From positions 8,771-72,770 of the forward strand of contig CALZJG010000005.1 in the NCBI GenBank assembly GCA_945787555.1: a DNA stretch of 64,000 nucleotides, read 5' to 3'. Position numbers and translations under genes: made by a program. Each line of letters opens with the position of its first letter. The first letter of the stretch is position 1. The notes beneath the pieces are model-generated. The model saw only the letters and a program-made list of their open reading frames with translations. It had not been told where the DNA came from and did not search any database. This stretch comes from an uncultured Chromatiaceae bacterium (lineage in GTDB: Bacteria; Pseudomonadota; Gammaproteobacteria; DRLM01). Positions 9,536 to 19,162 of the stretch are shown here, piece by piece.

Positions 9536-12500
9536 TCACGCAGCACTCGCGCGGCGCTCGCGCACCTGCAATACCCAACCATAGATCACCGGCAACACCA
9601 CCAGACTCAATACCGTGACGCTCACCATGCCGCCCACCATGGGTGCGGCGATGCGGCTCATCACTTCGGAACCGGTGCCCGTTCCCCATAAGATAGGTAA
9701 CAAACCGGCGATGATGGCGGTGGCGGTCATGGCGATGGGGCGCACGCGCTCCGTCGTCCCGGACTGCGCGGCGGCAATCATGTTTAACCCCTGCATCTCC
9801 TCACCCGCCGCGCGACGCCGCGCCACTTCCTGATCGATGAAGGTGAGCACCAACACGCCGATCTCGGCGGCCACGCCGGCGAGCGCGATAAAGCCGACCG
9901 CCACGGCGACGGACAAGTTGTAACCCAGCAGATACACCAACCACACGCCACCGCACAATCCGAAGGGGATGGACAGCATCACCACCAGGGGCGCGACGGC
10001 GTTGCGGAAATTCCAGTACAGGAGCACGAAAATGATCAGCAAAGTGGCGGGCACTACGATCTGTAAACGTGCCGCCGCGCGTTCCATGTATTCGAACTGC
10101 CCGGACCAATTGAGCGTGTAACCCGCCGGCAAGGGTACCTCGCGCGCCACCGTTTCTTTCGCGCGGGCCACGTAGCCGCCGATGTCACCGGTATTGATAT
10201 CGACGTAGATCCACGCGTTGGGCTGCGCATTCTCACTCTTGATAATCGGCGGGCCGCGCCGCAGGTGCAACTCAGACACCAGGGACAGGGGTATCTGTGC
10301 GCCGGCAGGGGTGGAGATCAAGACACGCTGCAACTGCTCCAGGTTGTCACGCAGCTCGCGCGGATAACGCACATTGACCGGATAGCGCTCCAGGCCTTCG
10401 ACGGTTTGCGTCACGTTCATGCCGCCGACGGCGGTTTGAATCACGTCCTGCACATCACCCACGGTGAGTCCGTAACGCGCTGCGGCAACACGTTGGATAT
10501 CGAAATCCAAGTAATAACCGCCCACGGCGCGATCACCGAAGGCAGACAGCGTGTCGGGTAACCCCTTTAGGGCGCGTTCGATCTGCGTCACCACGTCTTG
10601 CAGTACATTGAGATCGGGTCCGCTCACCTTGATACCCACCGGCGTTTTGATGCCGGTGGAGAGCATGTCGATGCGTGTCTTGATGGGCAGCGTCCAGGCA
10701 TTGGCGACGCCCGGGAACTTGATCGCCGCGTCCATCTCTCGCATCAAAGCTTGCGTCTTCTTGCCCGGATCAGGCCATTGCTCGCGCGGCTTCAGACGGA
10801 CCGTCGTCTCCAGCATGGACAACGGCGCCATGTCGGTGGCGGTCTCGGCCCGGCCGGCTTTGCCGAACACCGACAGCACCTCGGGAAAACTCGCAAGAAT
10901 TTTGTCGGTCTGCTGTGTCAATTCGCGCGCCTTGGTGATCGAGATACCCGGATAGGTGGTGGGCATGTAAAGGATGTCACCCTCGTCCAAGGGCGGCATG
11001 AACTCCGTGCCGAGCTTTGTCGCGGGATACAAGGTCGCCGCGAGCAAACCCAGCGCCAACAACAGCGTGAGCGTGCGCCAACGCATGGCTATCCGCAGCA
11101 CTGGGGTGTGCAAGGCATGGAGCACGCGATTGAGAGGGTTCTTGGCCTCGGGCGGTATCTTGCCGCGGATGAGATAGCCCATCAGCACCGGCACCAGCGT
11201 GATGGCCAACACCGCCGCCGCCGCCATGGCGTAGCTCTTGGTGTAGGCCAGAGGCGCGAATAGACGTCCTTCCTGCGCTTGCAGAGTAAACACCGGCAGG
11301 AAGCTTACGGTGATGATGAGTAAGGAGAAAAACAGCGCCGGCCCCACTTCCTTGGCCGCCGCGCTGCACGCCTGCCAGCGTTCGCTATTGGATAGTGCAG
11401 CATCCTTGGCGTGCATGGCGCGTTCGAGATGTTTGTGGGCGTTCTCTATCATCACGATGGCGCCGTCGATCATCGCACCGATGGCAATAGCGATCCCCCC
11501 TAATGACATGATGTTGGCGTTGATACCCTGCCAGCGCATGATGAGCAGCGCGGCAAGAATACCTAGCGGCAGTGTAATAATGGCCACCAACGCCGAGCGG
11601 GCGTGCAATAAAAATACCATGCACACCAGCGCCACCACGATGGACTCTTCGATGAGCACACGCTGGAGTGTGCCCACCGCGCGCTCGATCAAGGCGCCGC
11701 GATCGTACACCGGCACGATCTCCACGCCATCTGGCAGGCTGGCCTTGAGTTCTTCCAACTTGGCGCGCACCTGCTCGATCACCGCCAAGGCGTTTTCGCC
11801 ATAGCGCATCACCACCACCCCGCCGACCACTTCGCCCTCGCCATTCAGTTCGGCGAGACCGCGGCGCAGCTCTGGACCGAGGTGCACATGGGCGATGTCC
11901 TTGATGCGGATGGGCACGCCGCGTTCATCCACCTTCACGGGTATGCCTTCGATATCGGCGATGCCGTGTAGGTAACCGCGGCCGCGCACCATGTATTCGG
12001 TCTCGGCCAATTCGATCACCCGCCCGCCCACGTCATTGTTGGAGCGCGCGATAGCCTCACGCACTTGCGCCAAGGGTATGTTGTAAGACGCCAGCGCGCG
12101 TGGATCGACCTCGACTTGGTATTGCTTGACGAAGCCGCCGATGGACGCCACTTCCGCCACACCGGATACGGTTTGCAATTGATAGCGCAAAAACCAATCC
12201 TGTATCGAACGCAGTTGCGCCAAATCATGACGGCCGCTTCTGTCGACCAAGGCGTATTCGTAGACCCAACCCACGCCGGTGGCGTCTGGGCCCAGGGTGG
12301 GGAACACACCGGCCGGCAAGCGCTCGCGCACATAGTTCAAATACTCCAACACCCGCGTGCGCGCCCAATACAAATCCGTGCCCTCTTCGAAGATGATGTA
12401 CACGAAGGACATCCCGAACAACGAATAGCCGCGCACCACTTTGGCGTGCGGCACGGCGAGTAACGCGGTGGTAAGGGGATAGGTGACTTGGTCCTCCACC

Positions 12501-12679
12501 ACTTGCGGTGCCTGCCCGGTGTAGTCGGTGAACACGATCACCTGCACGTCGGACAGATCGGGGATCGCGTCCAGCGGCGTGGTGCGCAACGCCCACACCC
12601 CCGCGGCGATCAGCAACAAGGTCGCCAGCCACACTTGAAATTTATTGCGCAACGCTGCATCGATGATGGCCCTAATCAT
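9536..12679 (-). CDS. cusA: CusA/SilA heavy-metal RND efflux transporter
   Basis: 1047 aa; DAIPDLSDVQVI, LGPDATGVGW, GAMIDGAIVMIEN, EFMPPLDEG and RVRPIAMT motifs. Confidence 0.96.
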   Translation of the reverse strand: MIRAIIDAALRNKFQVWLATLLLIAAGVWALRTTPLDAIPDLSDVQVIVFTDYTGQAPQVVEDQVTYPLTTALLAVPHAKVVRGYSLFGMSFVYIIFEEGTDLYWARTRVLEYLNYVRERLPAGVFPTLGPDATGVGWVYEYALVDRSGRHDLAQLRSIQDWFLRYQLQTVSGVAEVASIGGFVKQYQVEVDPRALASYNIPLAQVREAIARSNNDVGGRVIELAETEYMVRGRGYLHGIADIEGIPVKVDERGVPIRIKDIAHVHLGPELRRGLAELNGEGEVVGGVVVMRYGENALAVIEQVRAKLEELKASLPDGVEIVPVYDRGALIERAVGTLQRVLIEESIVVALVCMVFLLHARSALVAIITLPLGILAALLIMRWQGINANIMSLGGIAIAIGAMIDGAIVMIENAHKHLERAMHAKDAALSNSERWQACSAAAKEVGPALFFSLLIITVSFLPVFTLQAQEGRLFAPLAYTKSYAMAAAAVLAITLVPVLMGYLIRGKIPPEAKNPLNRVLHALHTPVLRIAMRWRTLTLLLALGLLAATLYPATKLGTEFMPPLDEGDILYMPTTYPGISITKARELTQQTDKILASFPEVLSVFGKAGRAETATDMAPLSMLETTVRLKPREQWPDPGKKTQALMREMDAAIKFPGVANAWTLPIKTRIDMLSTGIKTPVGIKVSGPDLNVLQDVVTQIERALKGLPDTLSAFGDRAVGGYYLDFDIQRVAAARYGLTVGDVQDVIQTAVGGMNVTQTVEGLERYPVNVRYPRELRDNLEQLQRVLISTPAGAQIPLSLVSELHLRRGPPIIKSENAQPNAWIYVDINTGDIGGYVARAKETVAREVPLPAGYTLNWSGQFEYMERAAARLQIVVPATLLIIFVLLYWNFRNAVAPLVVMLSIPFGLCGGVWLVYLLGYNLSVAVAVGFIALAGVAAEIGVLVLTFIDQEVARRRAAGEEMQGLNMIAAAQSGTTERVRPIAMTATAIIAGLLPILWGTGTGSEVMSRIAAPMVGGMVSVTVLSLVVLPVIYGWVLQVRERRASAA

Positions 12680-14081
12680 GACGATGCTCCCCCTGAGTTG
12701 GAGGGGCGGGCGCGGCCATCTCGATGTCGGACATATCCATATCAGACATATCCATCTCGATCATATCCATGTCAGACATATCGAGCTCGTCCGCGGGCGC
12801 AGCGGCCGCTGGCTCGCGCATCTTGCCCGCCACCTCGCGCAATTTGGATTCGGAGTCGATGAGAAATTGCGCCGAGGTCACCACCTCCTCACCGGATCGC
12901 ACGCCCTCTAGGATCTCAGTCCATCCTTCGGCGCTCACGCCCAGTCTCACTTCACGCGGCTCGAACTTACCCGGCGCGCGCACCACGAACACTTGCTCGC
13001 GCGCGCCCGAACGCACCACCGCCTCGCTGGGCACCGCCACCGCCTCGACGCGCTGTCCGGCACGCAAGGTCACTTCGGCGAACATATCGGGCTTGAGCAC
13101 GCCTGCACGATTGGCAAATTCCAAACGCAACTGCGCAGTGCGGGTTTTGGGGTCCATGGTGGGATAGATATACGTGACCTTGCCTTCGAACACGCGCCCC
13201 GGCGCCGCATTGACACGCATTTGCGCGCCATCACCCACGCGCACCCACGGCAGCTCGTTTTCATACACGTCCACGTACACCCATAATTTGGCGAGATCGG
13301 CGATTTGATACAGCTCCGTGGCGGGCGTGACATACTGCCCTGGGCGCGCACCCACACTCACCACCACACCGTCGAAAGGCGAGTGGATATGCAGATCCTT
13401 CATCACTTTGCCGCTACGCTCCAAATCATGGAGTTGATGGGCAGGCATATCGAGCAATTCCAAACGCGCGCGCGATGCTTCCACCAATTGCTCGGCATTG
13501 CGACGCAATTCGGCGTAAGGACTGTCCTGCAACGCGACGCGGTTTTGCAACGCCAGCAAGTATTCCTGCTGCGCCGTCACCAGTTGCGGCGAATAGATGC
13601 CCAATAAAATATCATCGCGGCGTACGCGCGCGCCGGTATTGGAGACCATGAGCTGCTCCACCCAGCCCTCGGTCTTGGAGCTGAGACGCGCCAGCCGCTC
13701 TTCGTCATAGTCCACCCGCCCTACGGCGCGTATCGTGTGGCCTATGACGCGCCGCTCGGCGCGGGCGCTGCGCACCCCGATGTTTTGCACCGTGACGGGA
13801 TCGATCCTCACCGTGCCGGCGGGACCGGCCTCGGCATCGGCATCGGCATCGGCATCGGCATAGACGGGAATGTAGTCCATGCCCATCGAGTCCTTGGCCG
13901 GCACCTTTGAGGTGATCTCGGGGTTCATGGGATGGCGATAGAACAACGGTGACCGCTCAGCAGGCACCTCCCCAGTCGCTACGGGCGACGTGTGCGGCGC
14001 GAGCGTGCGCGCGTACCAATAACCACCACCCGCCCCCACCGCGAGAGTGAGCAACGCAACGACGAAGGCTAGCTTATTCAT
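12672..14081 (-). CDS. cusB: CusB-type RND periplasmic adaptor
   Basis: YRHPMNP..KDSMGMDYIPVY metal-binding N-terminus, IYSPQLVTAQQEYL, QFLIDSES, Met-rich C-terminal repeats. Confidence 0.95.
   Translation of the reverse strand: MNKLAFVVALLTLAVGAGGGYWYARTLAPHTSPVATGEVPAERSPLFYRHPMNPEITSKVPAKDSMGMDYIPVYADADADADAEAGPAGTVRIDPVTVQNIGVRSARAERRVIGHTIRAVGRVDYDEERLARLSSKTEGWVEQLMVSNTGARVRRDDILLGIYSPQLVTAQQEYLLALQNRVALQDSPYAELRRNAEQLVEASRARLELLDMPAHQLHDLERSGKVMKDLHIHSPFDGVVVSVGARPGQYVTPATELYQIADLAKLWVYVDVYENELPWVRVGDGAQMRVNAAPGRVFEGKVTYIYPTMDPKTRTAQLRLEFANRAGVLKPDMFAEVTLRAGQRVEAVAVPSEAVVRSGAREQVFVVRAPGKFEPREVRLGVSAEGWTEILEGVRSGEEVVTSAQFLIDSESKLREVAGKMREPAAAAPADELDMSDMDMIEMDMSDMDMSDIEMAAPAPPTQGEHRHD
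12722..12785 (-). repeat. imperfect 15-nt coding repeats (DMSDM-type) in the cusB tail
   Basis: Recurring catatccat units encode LDMSDMDMIEMDMSDMDMSDIEM. Confidence 0.7.
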
Positions 14082-15318
14082 AGACCCGCTCCTCTCCCAC
14101 TGTGGCGATGACGCGCGCTAGCGCCGCTTGCGCCTCGCTCACCATCAGCCAATAGCGGGTTTCGTAATCATGTAGCGTGATCTGGGCCTGGGAGAGATTC
14201 AGAAAATCCACTTTGCCCACTTGATACCCGGACAACATCGACGCCACCGTCTGCGTGGCCTGCGGCAGGATGCCGCCCTTGAGCAAGCGTGCCTGCTCGC
14301 GGGCGCGCTGATATTCGGCGCGTGCCGCCGCCACCTCGGCGGCGAGTCGAGATTCACTGTCTTGCAAACCGTAACGCTGCGCCAGCAACTCCGCATTGCG
14401 CTGATCCAGCGCCCTGTCCTGTCGGCTGCCGCTGCGCAGTGGCAGGCTCATGGCGAACATGATGCTTTTCATGTCCGTCGCCCGCTCGCGCCACTCATAG
14501 TTGGCGCCGAGCATGAAATCAGGCCGATAATCCTTACGTGCGAGTTCCACTTGCGAGGCGGCGGCCTGCACCTGCTGGCGTTGCGCCGCCAGCAAGGGCC
14601 GGGCCTGTACGGCCACTTCCATGAGAGACCCCTCATCGCGCAACACGGGTAACGATGCATCCATTTGCGAGGGCAACACCAAAGGCGTCGCGGAAGGTTG
14701 ATACAACAAGGCATTGAGGCGCGCCTCGCCAGAACGACGCTCGGCGACCAGCGCGATTTCCGTCTCCATGAGTTTGGACAGCTCCAGCTGTGCCAGCAGC
14801 ACGTCTTGCTGCAGGCCCAGCCCGACGCGATAACGCGTCTCCGCGACACTGATGAACTGTCGCAGCACGCCTAGATTGCGACGTAATATTTCCATGGCGC
14901 GATCGAGATAAAACACCCGCCACCACAGTTGCTTGACTTGCGCGGCGAGACTCAGCGCGCCCTCATCCACCTCCAGGCGTGCCGCCTCCGCCACATGATC
15001 GGCCGCCTCACCGGCCAGACTCAGCTTGCCCGGATACGGCAAGGCTTGAGTGATGCCTAGTTTGAATTGACTCATGTCGGCCCAGCCCGGCGTCACCGTC
15101 AGCCACGGATCGGGCAAGGTGCCGACTTGTTCCGGCACGGCCGCAGAGGCGACGGCTTGCTCGCGGCGCTGCTGCAAGCCGGGATTAGCGGCCAAGGCCT
15201 GCGCCACCGCCGCCTCAATGCTAAGCGGCGCCGCGCCGTACGCCAGCACCGTTCCACACCACAAGAGCAAACCTGCGATGAGTGATCGCCACTGAAAGGC
15301 GATGTGACGAATAGACAT
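14074..15318 (-). CDS. cusC: TolC-family outer-membrane factor of the Cus system
   Basis: Signal peptide, ALAANPGL, LPDP, ITQALPYPGK, YRVG and YQVGKVDFLNL; first gene of cusCBA. Start after GGAGGAG at 15318; alternatives 15348 and 15369. Confidence 0.9.
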   Translation of the reverse strand: MSIRHIAFQWRSLIAGLLLWCGTVLAYGAAPLSIEAAVAQALAANPGLQQRREQAVASAAVPEQVGTLPDPWLTVTPGWADMSQFKLGITQALPYPGKLSLAGEAADHVAEAARLEVDEGALSLAAQVKQLWWRVFYLDRAMEILRRNLGVLRQFISVAETRYRVGLGLQQDVLLAQLELSKLMETEIALVAERRSGEARLNALLYQPSATPLVLPSQMDASLPVLRDEGSLMEVAVQARPLLAAQRQQVQAAASQVELARKDYRPDFMLGANYEWRERATDMKSIMFAMSLPLRSGSRQDRALDQRNAELLAQRYGLQDSESRLAAEVAAARAEYQRAREQARLLKGGILPQATQTVASMLSGYQVGKVDFLNLSQAQITLHDYETRYWLMVSEAQAALARVIATVGEERVYE

Positions 15319-15460
15319 GAATGACTCCTCCATGCATGGGTTACGCATTGCGCTTTCCCAGCAGCACACTCGCGCCTAAGGTCGCGGGTAGGTCAACGTC
15401 AAAACAAGCGCGCAACGCCGCACTGCGCAGATGCGCAGGCGAGCTCAACGATGCCGCGGC

Positions 15461-15802
15461 TCAAACGCGTGGAGGCTTGATTTCGGTGGGGAAGACTGGC
15501 TGGACCAAGGAAGGCTTCCATGGAGTCAGCATGATCTGAGGACTGGCAATGGACACGGCGACCGACGCCGTGAGCAACACGGGATTGCAATGACCTGGTG
15601 CCTTGCAGCCGTCGGTGATGCCGCAGTGGTGGTCGCGCTCCATTTGAGTGTGAGATGCAGAAGTATCGTGAGCCCCATGCTCATCGACATGGCTCATGAC
15701 TACCGCATCTCCACTGTTGCACATGGCTACGGTGCCGGCGGACAAGGCCGGCTGGCTAGCCAGTACGGCAAGGAGGGTGATGATATGTATGAGAATGCGC
15801 AT
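15461..15802 (-). CDS. small secreted-type Cys/His-rich protein with Pro-rich C-terminus (CopL/CzcI/DUF2946-like leader ORF)
   Basis: MRILIHIITLLAVLASQPALS signal-like start; HVDEHGAH..DHHC..C..GHC; ends PVFPTEIKPPRV; immediately upstream of cusC. Confidence 0.7.
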   Translation of the reverse strand: MRILIHIITLLAVLASQPALSAGTVAMCNSGDAVVMSHVDEHGAHDTSASHTQMERDHHCGITDGCKAPGHCNPVLLTASVAVSIASPQIMLTPWKPSLVQPVFPTEIKPPRV

Positions 15803-16535
15803 CGGGCAGTCTAGAAAATTTCCGTGCTTTTTCACTTGCCATCTACATGGCTTTTTCACTCTAATCCAGAAATTTGACTAGGGCAAGGTTATCTCTCGTT
15901 CAGTTAACTCCCTGCATCCAGCCGGCGATAGGTGGTGAACGCGGTAAGTCACACATTAAGCAAGTACTGCCCGCTAGCGCCATCGACCCTGATTGGGGTG
16001 GTCGGCTACGCCACGCCATTCACAATCACCTACTCACCTTTTTACAATGATTTTACTTTTTCCTGTTTCATTGCCGCACCACATTGCTTACTGTCGCGGC
16101 TAGCTGTCCGGCCGGCCATACCCATCCGGGGATATGCGCATCAAGCAAAACACGGGGAGAATCTCTTGCGCGCGGTCCCCGCTCGGCGATGTGGGCGGGC
16201 GTCGCTACCAGAAGCCAGCACTGACAAAAATCGCACAGCGCCTGCCCTGTCTATCTCTGAGCGCCGCCAACTCGCAGCGGCCAGCGCGCACTGGGAACGT
16301 TCAAAGTCCCATGGCCAGCGGCTCGTAGATCCCACCTCCTGGTCCGCGGCGCGCCCATAAACCCAGTGTCGACAACAAGAAATGCACAGATATTTCATGT
16401 CTATATTAGTAGAATGTAAAATTGTGTTGTTTTTTTCTGGAAACATATTGCTAATTAGCAACGCGCAGCCTAATATTCTGCTAAGCACGGGATATAGGCC
16501 GTGTCTTTTTTACAACAACCTTAGGAGACAACCAA

Positions 16536-17240
16536 ATGACTAAGAAACTTCTGGCCCTGGGCGTGGGATTGGGACTCATCGGCGCACAACCGGCGTTTGC
16601 TGCCTGGACCGGCGAAGCCGAACTGGGCGCAGCGATCTCCGGCGGCAACACCGAGACCACCGTTGTGAATGCCAAACTCGACATGGACGCCGCCGCCGAC
16701 CGCTGGCGCCACAACATCTTCGGTGACGTCTTCTACTCGGAAGACAATAGCGTCAAAACTGCCGAGCGCTTTGCCATTGGCTACAAACCCCGTTACTTCA
16801 TGACCGAGAAGGACTATGTGTTCGGCTTGCTGCGCTACGACCAAGATGAGTTCGGCGGGTACGACGGCCGCTGGACGGAAGTGCTCGGCTATGGCCGCCA
16901 AATCCTCAACAACAAGGTTCATTACCTGGACGGCGAAATCGGTGTGGGTGCGCGTCAGACCGAGTTCACGAATGACGATTCGAGCGATGAAGTCATCGGC
17001 TTCTTGGGCCTTAAGTATGTGGGCCGCATCTCGGACACCGCCCGCTTCTCTGAAACGCTGCGCGCGGAAATTGGCGAAGACAACACCTTCATCGAGTCCA
17101 TCACCGGTCTGGGCATGACCGTGACCGATTCCGTGTCGGCCAAGCTGACCTACACCGTGCGCCACAACACCGACATCGAAGGCGCCCAGGGCAAAAAGAC
17201 CGACAGCATCACCGGCGTCAACGTGGTGTATGGCTTCTAA
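16536..17240 (+). CDS. DUF481 (YdiY-like) outer-membrane beta-barrel
   Basis: Signal peptide, WTGEAELG..SGGNTET, amphipathic strands, terminal YGF; SD AGGAG. Confidence 0.9.
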   Translation: MTKKLLALGVGLGLIGAQPAFAAWTGEAELGAAISGGNTETTVVNAKLDMDAAADRWRHNIFGDVFYSEDNSVKTAERFAIGYKPRYFMTEKDYVFGLLRYDQDEFGGYDGRWTEVLGYGRQILNNKVHYLDGEIGVGARQTEFTNDDSSDEVIGFLGLKYVGRISDTARFSETLRAEIGEDNTFIESITGLGMTVTDSVSAKLTYTVRHNTDIEGAQGKKTDSITGVNVVYGF

Positions 17241-17281
17241 TAAACCTGGTGCATGGCTTCTTACATATAGGAGTAACACGC

Positions 17282-17824
17282 ATGAGCAAGCTCAATCATA
17301 ATCTAGCCCTATCTGCCCTATTGGCGGCGGCACTGGCAACCCCCGCCTTCGTCAGTGCGGCGGATGACGTCAGCTCTGCCAAGGGCGAAAAGGCCGAGAA
17401 AAAACTGAAGTTGGAGCAGGATCTGCCCATCTACATCAATCAGGTACTGAAGCCGTACACGCTGCTCAAGAAAGTGTCGGCGGAAGTCTATGTCACCGAC
17501 GCCAAGAGCGAAGAGGAAGCCGAACTGCTGGCCTTCCAAAAGCTCAAGAAAAAGGCCAAGGAGCAGGGCGCCGATGGCTTGATCGAGGTGCGCCGTTCCA
17601 TCATCAAGGACAGCATCGCGGTGCGTGCCACCAACGGCTCTTCGGGCTCGATGCTGGCGGATGATATCGACTCGACCTCCGTGGCGATCGATGAGCTGAC
17701 CTTGGACGACTACAATCGTAACAAAGGCACCCTCAGCGGCGCGCTGATCGACGACACCTTCGATCGCAGCAAATTGTCGCAAAAATCGGTGCGCTTCACC
17801 GGCAAAGCGATTAAGTTCGACTAA
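17282..17824 (+). CDS. periplasmic protein with YbjQ/RcsF-like fold motif and acidic insertion
   Basis: Signal peptide; PYTLLKKVSA..AFQKLKKKAKEQGADGLIEVR..VRFTGKAIK pattern; SD AGGAG; co-directional with the DUF481 gene. Confidence 0.65.
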   Translation: MSKLNHNLALSALLAAALATPAFVSAADDVSSAKGEKAEKKLKLEQDLPIYINQVLKPYTLLKKVSAEVYVTDAKSEEEAELLAFQKLKKKAKEQGADGLIEVRRSIIKDSIAVRATNGSSGSMLADDIDSTSVAIDELTLDDYNRNKGTLSGALIDDTFDRSKLSQKSVRFTGKAIKFD

Positions 17825-17837
17825 GCCGCATCAACCA

Positions 17838-17869
17838 GACGCCGGGACTTGTTCCCGGCGTCTTTTTTT
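17838..17869 (+). terminator. Rho-independent terminator
   Basis: GACGCCGGGA-cttgt-TCCCGGCGTC followed by a T run, just after the 17824 stop. Confidence 0.9.
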
Positions 17870-17898
17870 CATCCACGATTCGCGCAGCTCTATCTTGA

Positions 17899-18291
17899 TC
17901 AGCGCAATGCGGCCGCTACCCGCTCCAATTTATTGCGCACTTCCATTCCCAGCTCGGTGACTTGCGGCTTATCGACCAAACCCAGCACCGCGGCCGGATC
18001 CATGAACGCCACCGTAACCGCCCCATCGACCTCTTCCCGCACCACGACATTACAAGGCAACAACAATCCAATATCGGGATCCGCTTGCAAGGCTCTATGC
18101 GCGAGCGGCGGATTGCAGGCACCGAGGATGCGGTAAGGACGGGTTTCGATCTCCAGCTTCTTTTTCAACGTGGCCTGCACATCGATATCCGTCAGCACCC
18201 CGAAACCCTCCTTGGCCAAGGCCTCGGAGACGCGCGCCACCGCCGCTTCGAAGCTAGCGGAAACCCGCACTGAAAATCCATAAGCACTCAT
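17899..18291 (-). CDS. DUF302 domain protein
   Basis: [31 protein letters not shown] and [11 protein letters not shown] signatures. Confidence 0.92.
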   Translation of the reverse strand: MSAYGFSVRVSASFEAAVARVSEALAKEGFGVLTDIDVQATLKKKLEIETRPYRILGACNPPLAHRALQADPDIGLLLPCNVVVREEVDGAVTVAFMDPAAVLGLVDKPQVTELGMEVRNKLERVAAALR

Positions 18292-18375
18292 AACAACCTC
18301 CCTGCTCAAACTCGACTATGACACCAAATCTACCCTACTGGCGCGCTCAGCCTACGCGGCGCGCGCCCATGACGA

Positions 18376-18563
18376 TCATTTGCCCAAAGCGCGCTGCGGC
18401 ATGTCATACCATGCCGCATAAACGGGATCCGGCCATAGCGCTTAAAACCACTCGATCACCGCATCGATTTCCTCGTCGCTGAGCATATCGCCCCAGGCGG
18501 GCATCTTGCCCTGGCCAGGCGGGCTGCCGTTACGTACCAGATCGCGCAGCACCTGAATCGGAA
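18376..18563 (-). pseudogene. cytochrome c C-terminal remnant
   Basis: Manual translation PIQVLRDLVRNGSPPGQGKMPAWGDMLSDEEIDAVIEWF*ALWPDPVYAAWYDMPQRALGK*. The MPAW..LSDEEI axial-Met motif is present, with an internal TAA, no CxxCH and no in-frame start. Confidence 0.75.
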
Positions 18564-18640
18564 CGGCTGCCGACGTTGTTCATGGGCTTGACGCGCTGAC
18601 GCGGGTAGAATGAGGGTCGTACAATAGGAGCTTAGGCGCC

Positions 18641-19000
18641 ATGTACCGATCCCGACTCGACACCATCCCCAGGCTGAAAGCCCATCCGGCGCTCGTGCCG
18701 GCCGAGCGCTATAATCGCGTGCGGCTGGCGCTGCGACGACTGGAGAACCCCATACGCTTACAGCTGCCGCGCCTGCGCACCCTGGATATGATTCTGGAGG
18801 ATGATGCCTGGATCATCGTGGACCGTTCGCTCAATGACATACCCATCGCGGCCTGGACCCATTTCGAGTCCCGCACCAGCCTACACAACCCGATACGCTG
18901 CATGCTGCGCCATTATCATGTGCATGCCAACGCCATCATGGACAGCGCCTGGAACAGCGTGGACACCCTGCTCGCCGAGCGCCTGGCCAAACAGCCCTAA
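18641..19000 (+). CDS. hypothetical protein
   Basis: 119-aa ORF with AGGAG upstream and plausible coding composition; no family recognised. Confidence 0.75.
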   Translation: MYRSRLDTIPRLKAHPALVPAERYNRVRLALRRLENPIRLQLPRLRTLDMILEDDAWIIVDRSLNDIPIAAWTHFESRTSLHNPIRCMLRHYHVHANAIMDSAWNSVDTLLAERLAKQP

Positions 19001-19162
19001 GCGCCTGATTAGGCTCGCCAGGCTGCCAAACGCTGGCGCAAACCGCGAACTAACCCCAGGACCTCTGGTACTATAGCCGGCGGACCAGGGACGGTTCCCT
19101 CGCCACGATGTTACCGCCCTGCCAAGATTGCGCGCCGCTGCGCCAAACCAACACTACGAACT

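Noticed and set aside
16438-16453. sigma-54 promoter upstream of DUF481
   Set aside because: GG to GC spacing is 9 nt rather than the required 10.
15932-16488. 142-aa and 115-aa ORFs in the cus/DUF481 gap
   Set aside because: No SD, atypical composition and no motifs; treated as intergenic.
16521-17279. 252-aa minus-strand ORF
   Set aside because: Antisense shadow of the DUF481 gene.
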